From Candidatus Wolfebacteria bacterium (GTDB lineage Bacteria; Patescibacteriota; Minisyncoccia; UBA6257; UBA9933), in the NCBI GenBank assembly GCA_024654025.1, contig JANLIR010000007.1, positions 421 to 64,420 of the forward strand: DNA of 64,000 nt. Reading direction: 5' to 3'. The position numbers and the translations under genes are program-made. The notes under the pieces were generated by a model. That model was not told where the DNA came from. It was given only the letters and a program-made list of their open reading frames with translations, and did not search any database. The stretch's first letter is position 1; each line of letters starts with the position of its first letter. Shown piece by piece: positions 58,692 through 64,000 of this stretch.

Positions 58692-60351
58692 TATAAATAA
58701 TATTGGGAAAAGAGAGATAAAAGTATTTTTTTCGTTTTTATTAACTATATTTTTTGGCTTTGGTTTGTTTTTTTTCTCTCGCGCAGACGCGGCTTACGCG
58801 CCACCCGCAGGAATACCTGCCCCGATTTTTGGAATTAACGAAGTAGCGCCAAGCACAGCCATAAAATGTTCTAGTTGGCCATCTGCTTTTTCTCCAGAGT
58901 GTTATTACATTGATAATACAAGTCCGGCCGCAACAGATATTGGGAATACGAATGGATATCCGAATAGGCCTAGGGCGACGATACCGACGACCTATGCCGC
59001 CGGTTCTTACGCAGAGGTTCGCGGAGGACCGTACAATAGTATTACGATTACATTCAACGGCACGTCGGCTAATCCGATATTTTTCCGCGGTCCTTCCGCG
59101 TTGGATCGGACGACAATTCATGGGGTTGGGCTTACGGGAAGTTATGCAATCGTGGAGTATATTAATTCCGATTTGAATGGCGGCAATGTAGGGTTTTTAT
59201 ATCCGGCGTCCTATATTTCTTTCCGAAATAATACCGTACAGGGAACAGGAGTTCTACTTACTGGAAATCAATCCGCCTTATCGTTAAGCGGCGGCACGGC
59301 CGGACACAATAATAATTTAGTAGTCTACAACAACACCATATGGAATCATGGCCAATGGAATTATAACACCACCGCCGATGTTCACGGGATAAAACCTCGG
59401 AACGATGTCGATGAGGCGTGGATTTTAGAAAATACAATTTACCATGTGCAGGGCGATTCGATTCAGACGGGCGAGGCGACTCTCGTCGGACAAAGTTACC
59501 CGACTAAGATATACATCGGAAAGAATATTATGTATGAGAATAAGGAAAATTGTATTGATATAAAAGGCGGAACGGACATTATCGTATCGGAAAATATCTG
59601 CCACGATATGTTAAACGCTTATGGGGACGACCAGATGGAAGGAATTGTTACTCATAATAGCGCGAACTGGACATGGTATATCAATAATACAATATGGAAC
59701 TCCGGGTTTGGAATTTATACCTCTGGTAGTGCAAATCAGTACGCGGTTGGAAACGTAATTTACAGCATCCAGGGGAGTTCCAATCCGTCTTCGTTCTATG
59801 ACTACGGTACGGGAATTATTTTTATCGGCGCCAACCCCGGGGCAATCGTCAATAATACGATAGACAACACTCAACATGGATATTCCGAGGCAGGAGGCGG
59901 CGTGGTGAATATGGCAAACAACATCATTTCAAATCGCAGCCTCGCGGCGGGCTACGACCAGATGATAGAGAACACGACCGGCAACACTTTAGACTACACG
60001 CTGACTAGCGGCAACACCAAGACTCGCTGGGGCGGGGGAACTTATGCCACGGCGGCGGCCTTTAATTCCGCTACCGGGCAGGGCGCGCATCATTGGGAGA
60101 CTAATCCGCTATTTATGAATACCGCAGGCAACGACTACCGGCTGACAGCGTCTTCTCCGGCAATAAACAACGGAGTTCTCGCGCAAGTATACGCTACGTT
60201 TCAGAACCGTTATGGTATTTCAATCGCGAGAGATATTAACGGAAATATTCGCCCGTCGGGAACAGCTTGGGACATCGGCGCGTATGAATATGTTTCAGGC
60301 GCTCCCGACACCACTCCTCCCGCCGCGCCAACAGGACTGTCAGTAAATTAA
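58675..60351 (+). CDS. secreted right-handed parallel beta-helix repeat protein
   Basis: signal/TM N-terminus; beta-helix rungs; C-terminus 'WDIGAYEYVSGAPDTTPPAAPTGLSVN'. Confidence 0.55.
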   Translation: MLKIDNINNIGKREIKVFFSFLLTIFFGFGLFFFSRADAAYAPPAGIPAPIFGINEVAPSTAIKCSSWPSAFSPECYYIDNTSPAATDIGNTNGYPNRPRATIPTTYAAGSYAEVRGGPYNSITITFNGTSANPIFFRGPSALDRTTIHGVGLTGSYAIVEYINSDLNGGNVGFLYPASYISFRNNTVQGTGVLLTGNQSALSLSGGTAGHNNNLVVYNNTIWNHGQWNYNTTADVHGIKPRNDVDEAWILENTIYHVQGDSIQTGEATLVGQSYPTKIYIGKNIMYENKENCIDIKGGTDIIVSENICHDMLNAYGDDQMEGIVTHNSANWTWYINNTIWNSGFGIYTSGSANQYAVGNVIYSIQGSSNPSSFYDYGTGIIFIGANPGAIVNNTIDNTQHGYSEAGGGVVNMANNIISNRSLAAGYDQMIENTTGNTLDYTLTSGNTKTRWGGGTYATAAAFNSATGQGAHHWETNPLFMNTAGNDYRLTASSPAINNGVLAQVYATFQNRYGISIARDINGNIRPSGTAWDIGAYEYVSGAPDTTPPAAPTGLSVN

Positions 60352-60367
60352 AAATGTAAAAATCAAA

Positions 60368-62008
60368 ATGAAAAACTATAATATAAAATCAAAAATTATT
60401 TTTCTCGCGATATTGTTTTTCGGAATTTTTGGTTTGGTGGAAATTTCCAGAGCCGCTTGGACTCCGCCGATAGGCATTCCTGTGCCGCCGTTTCCTTCAG
60501 ATTTAGATGTGGTGCGCCCCGCGCCTCCAATTCCCTGGACTTCGGAAGTGGCGGGAAATTATTACATTCAGCGCGACCAGGCGGGATGTTCCGATTCTCG
60601 CGCCTACGGGGCCCCCTCTGCGGCTAGGTGTTCTCTTCCGTCTTCTCCGCCTGCAGGATCTAAAGTATTTTTACACGGGGTATATTCAACATATCCAACT
60701 ATTTCGTGGACGGGAACGGCCAATAGTCCAATTTGGTTAATAGCGTATGATAATTCGAATAAACCAAATATGTCTAATGGCTACGCTGTAAATAGTATCT
60801 ATACTATTTTAGACGGGATTTCTTCTTCGATGACCGTTTCTGGCGGCATAGGCGTGGCTGGACGCTACACAATGTTGCGTAATTTTACGTTTACAAACTC
60901 CGCTGACGGATCGAACTATTCAGGCGTTGCAGTAGGCGGCGGTGGAAATAATATTGTGATATACAAAGCAACAGTTGGTCCTTTGGGGAATTGGCAATAT
61001 GCGGGCGCTGGCGATATCGATACTCATGGCGGAAACGTAAGCGGGAATGCTAATTATATTTGGTTTCTTGATTCTACTTGGTTTCACGCTCATGGCGATG
61101 GAATACAGATAGAAAATGGTTCTGGAAACGCTGCTGGAGCGCATCATATTTATATCGGCAGGAATCTTGCTTACGAAAACTATCAGTCAGGGTTTTGGAC
61201 TAAAAACGCCACTGACGTAATTATGTCTCAGAACGAAGTGTGGGGCATGCATGTAATCCCAACTAATGCTAGCGTTGGAGAAGCGATGGGGGGTCAATAC
61301 GACCCTAAGTACGTTTGGTTTATTGCTAACAAACTTCATGATTCGTCAATTGGTCTAAAAATGTCTGGCGGAAACAATGGTGGCGGTGGTCCGTGGTATG
61401 CCATTGGAAACGTGATTTATAATATTTATCACAGCACTGCTGCGTGTAATCCATGGGGAATGGGCGCGTTGTCTTATAGAAATGAAGGCGGGCTATATGC
61501 TTATTTCAATACAATAGATAACGTAGATTCTTTTATATCTGTGATTCCTGCCAATTCAGGCGAGTTTCGTGATAATATTTTTACAAACCAGTATACTCCT
61601 GCTGGATGTCCAGCGCTGAATGATGACGGGTACGGTACTTATACTATCGACTATAATCTTTGGGATAACGATAATATTATTACAAAATATAATGGGACAA
61701 TTCGTACAACGTTATCTTCATTTGCCTCCGCGACGGGGCAGGAGACGCATCGGGTAGTTGGGAGCCCGCTGCTAAACGTCGACCGCTCGATATCAAGCAA
61801 CTCTCCCGCGATTGACACTGCAAATCCTACGGAGGAAGCGGTATTTGCTACATTTCAGTCTCGGTACGGAGTTGATATTCGAAAAGATTTCGCAGGGTCA
61901 ACTCGTCCCAGCGGCGCGCGGTGGGACATTGGCGCGTATGAATACGTTTCCGGAGCTCCGGTTGATACTACTCCTCCCGCCGCGCCAAGCGGACTAGTGG
62001 TTAATTAA
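60368..62008 (+). CDS. secreted parallel beta-helix repeat protein (paralog of 58675-60351)
   Basis: same architecture; C-terminus 'WDIGAYEYVSGAPVDTTPPAAPSGLVVN'. Confidence 0.55.
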   Translation: MKNYNIKSKIIFLAILFFGIFGLVEISRAAWTPPIGIPVPPFPSDLDVVRPAPPIPWTSEVAGNYYIQRDQAGCSDSRAYGAPSAARCSLPSSPPAGSKVFLHGVYSTYPTISWTGTANSPIWLIAYDNSNKPNMSNGYAVNSIYTILDGISSSMTVSGGIGVAGRYTMLRNFTFTNSADGSNYSGVAVGGGGNNIVIYKATVGPLGNWQYAGAGDIDTHGGNVSGNANYIWFLDSTWFHAHGDGIQIENGSGNAAGAHHIYIGRNLAYENYQSGFWTKNATDVIMSQNEVWGMHVIPTNASVGEAMGGQYDPKYVWFIANKLHDSSIGLKMSGGNNGGGGPWYAIGNVIYNIYHSTAACNPWGMGALSYRNEGGLYAYFNTIDNVDSFISVIPANSGEFRDNIFTNQYTPAGCPALNDDGYGTYTIDYNLWDNDNIITKYNGTIRTTLSSFASATGQETHRVVGSPLLNVDRSISSNSPAIDTANPTEEAVFATFQSRYGVDIRKDFAGSTRPSGARWDIGAYEYVSGAPVDTTPPAAPSGLVVN

Positions 62009-62038
62009 ATTTATTAATATCCGTGTTATAATTTATTT

Positions 62039-63727
62039 ATGCGTAGAATTTTAACAATATTATTTATTTTGGGACTGGCTTTAATTATTTTCCCATTAAA
62101 TAAAACTAATGCGGCGCGTATTTGGTCGTCTGGGCTTGAATTGGCAAGTAGCACAGCCGAAGGGCTTGCTAATTCAGGGACAGGGCCTTCTATGGTTTTG
62201 GCAACTTCTACCGTAAGGAGCGGCTCTTATTCTTTGAAGACTCCGTCTTTAATTTCGGGTTCGTCTACGATTTCGCGTTATGCATTTGCAGCAAGTAATT
62301 CTACTGGCCCGTTTTATTTTAGATTCAATTTTTATATTTCTAATTTGCCGTCGGCCACAACAACTATTTGGGCTGCCGAATCCGGGTCTCCTTATTATAA
62401 ACGAGCCAGTATCGAAATTAATAACAGCGGCATCCTGGCTTTAGTATCACAGGAAGCGACAAGGATTGGTTATAGCGCCGTCCTCGCGACAAGCACCTGG
62501 TACAGAATAGAAGTTTTGTTTGACATAAGCGGAGCCGCGGGGAGTCATATAACAAGATCTAGATTAAACGGAGTTGAGTTTGCTTCATCAACTACTTTAA
62601 CTATTGCTGCGGGCGTCCAAAATTATTCTGTGGGCGGAAATATTTTAAGTGAAAGCCAGTCAGGCGGGCTGTGGTATTTCGATGATTTGGCGTTTAACGA
62701 TAATACGGGTTCATACCAAACAAGTTATCCTGGCGAAGGAAAGATTGTACATTTAAAACCGAACGCCGCTGGGGATAATGCTATGGGCACTTCCACTCCC
62801 TCGGGCCAATCCGCGTTTTCTGTTGTAAATGAATTACCGCCTAATAATGACACTAATTATTGGGCGTTAACAACCGATAACGATATTCTTGACGTGAATT
62901 TAGATTCTTTTGCTTCAACGAGCATAAAATCAATTGACACCATAAACCTAGTTAATGTCGGAATTATTACAAGAAATTCCGCCGCGGGAACTTCGCAATT
63001 TATTTTAAGAGTTAAATCGCAATCTAGCGGAACAGTAGCCACAGGGACAACGATGGATTGGAGTTTGTCTTCTTCTTGGTACCCGATAACTCTGCTGTCT
63101 TCTTATGTAAATCCTCAGGCAGGAGGGAGTTGGACGCCCGCGTTACTTGAAAACGCCCAAGCGGGTATAATAGCAACTATTGCGACCCCGAATGTTTTTG
63201 TAACTTCTATGTGGGCCTTAGTTGAATATATTTCCGTTCCTTTTGCTCCGTCTTCATTAGGGCCGTCAAACAAAGTAGACGGCTCCTGGTCTACTTCTAC
63301 CCAGCCAACATTGTCTTTCACTCAATCAGACTCTGATGCTTCTAGCACCATTAAATATACCATTCAAATCTCCACATCTTCTTCTTTTGCTTCCCAAGCT
63401 GTTGATTATGAATCAGCTCTCTTGGCTCAAGGTTCAACTTCATTTACCGTTGGCCAGGCTGCTGGAGGAGGAGCATACACAGTAGGTACGTCATCACAAA
63501 CATTACCTGATGGACAATACTACTGGAGAGTGATGTCAACTAATAATAATAATGTGACTTCATCATACACAACCGCCAATAGCGGAGCAGTTGCTTTTGG
63601 AATAGATACAACCGCTCCCACAGGAACAATAGCTTCATCAACATATGGAACCATCACCAGTTCATCAATAATCATCAACAGGCCTTCTACTTCAACGATC
63701 ATAGAAAGTGGTTCAGGACTTTATTAA
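62039..63727 (+). pseudogene. secreted S/T-rich lectin/FN3-like protein interrupted by an in-frame TAA; the reading frame continues open to the window end
   Basis: after the TAA at 63725-63727 the same frame stays open and encodes an FN3-like segment (…NTQYTYDVRFIDLMGNISSYGATSSKYTLTP…). Confidence 0.4.
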
Positions 63728-64000
63728 TGGCAAGTACGAAGAAACTCCACCACTACCTTATCAGCTGTTTCCACCTCCACTGCCACTACCTCTGACTCAT
63801 CTCTAACTTCCAACACCCAATACACCTATGATGTCAGATTCATAGATTTAATGGGAAACATCTCTTCCTATGGAGCTACATCTTCCAAATACACTCTTAC
63901 TCCTGATCCCACTAACTTCTCCGCCACCCCAAGCCAAACCTCCCAAACTTCAATTGCTTTATCAGTAGATTCTTTCAATAATGCGTCTTCCTCCTCATCG

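Noticed and set aside
63725-63727. Stop-codon reassignment (recoded TAA) to explain the open frame after the stop
   Set aside because: Most genes in the window end with TAA followed by terminators, and the only known CPR recoding is UGA to Gly; pseudogene or sequencing error is far more likely.

Overview
This 64-kb window has low GC overall (roughly 35–40%, with locally higher stretches) and looks like a reduced-genome bacterium, plausibly Candidate Phyla Radiation / Patescibacteria (inference from gene content and architecture; a low-GC Gram-positive is not excluded). It has no CRISPR array, no recognisable transposase and no 23S or 5S rRNA.

Housekeeping genes present:
- thrC, ywbE-like and a cold-shock gene
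- an FKBP, PspC and DUF192 block
- a HlyD/MacA–MacB-type ABC efflux operon
- pyrD
- uvrB, uvrA and uvrC, with Nudix, TrmH/SpoU, AlkD-like and SAM-methyltransferase genes nearby
- pheS and pheT, mreB, and a stand-alone response regulator

RNA genes: five tRNAs (Ala-UGC, Ser-UGA, Ser-CGA, Arg-CCU, Ala-GGC) and one 16S rRNA gene on the minus strand (~50.6–52.15 kb).

Two type IV pilus-like clusters:
- Cluster 1 (20.8–29.4 kb, minus strand): a pilin gene, a PilX-like gene, two very large pilin-like or FN3 proteins, pilC and a short pilB, reading pilB to pilin.
- Cluster 2 (52.7–63.9 kb, plus strand): pilin, a membrane protein, pilB, pilC, a 530-aa pilin-like parallel beta-helix protein and three secreted beta-helix paralogs.
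- A PilM–PilN fusion gene sits separately at 43.7 kb.

Main observations from the hunt:
1. A family of ~135-bp palindromic MITE-like elements (three copies) with 19–20-bp terminal inverted repeats (TIRs), compensatory variation in the TIRs and 4-bp target-site duplications. Two copies bracket the ABC operon and one abuts the 16S promoter.
2. A second, single-copy MITE-like element with a 5-bp duplication (TCATA) that rebuilds an ATGA stop/start overlap between two pilus-cluster genes.
3. A GIY-YIG gene between pheS and pheT enclosed by 17-bp inverted repeats resembling the MITE termini.
4. A GC-rich palindromic ~90-nt in-frame insertion inside uvrC (like Rickettsia palindromic elements), plus a motif-sharing GC-rich structured element upstream of a secreted FN3 protein.
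5. A 16S rRNA whose 3' tail appears to lack the canonical CCUCC anti-Shine-Dalgarno, consistent with the absence of Shine-Dalgarno sites at most genes here. The exception is a GC-richer, Shine-Dalgarno-rich five-ORF island (3.8–5.9 kb) that looks foreign.
6. A novel secreted protein with six cysteine-rich tandem repeats (C-x5-C-x3-C-x8-C).
7. A conserved 11-mer (AAAAGGTCGAG) upstream of three pilin/secreted genes.
8. Divergent tRNA promoters sharing a palindromic -35 (CTTGCAAG).
9. An in-frame TAA interrupting a large secreted beta-helix/FN3 gene at the window end.
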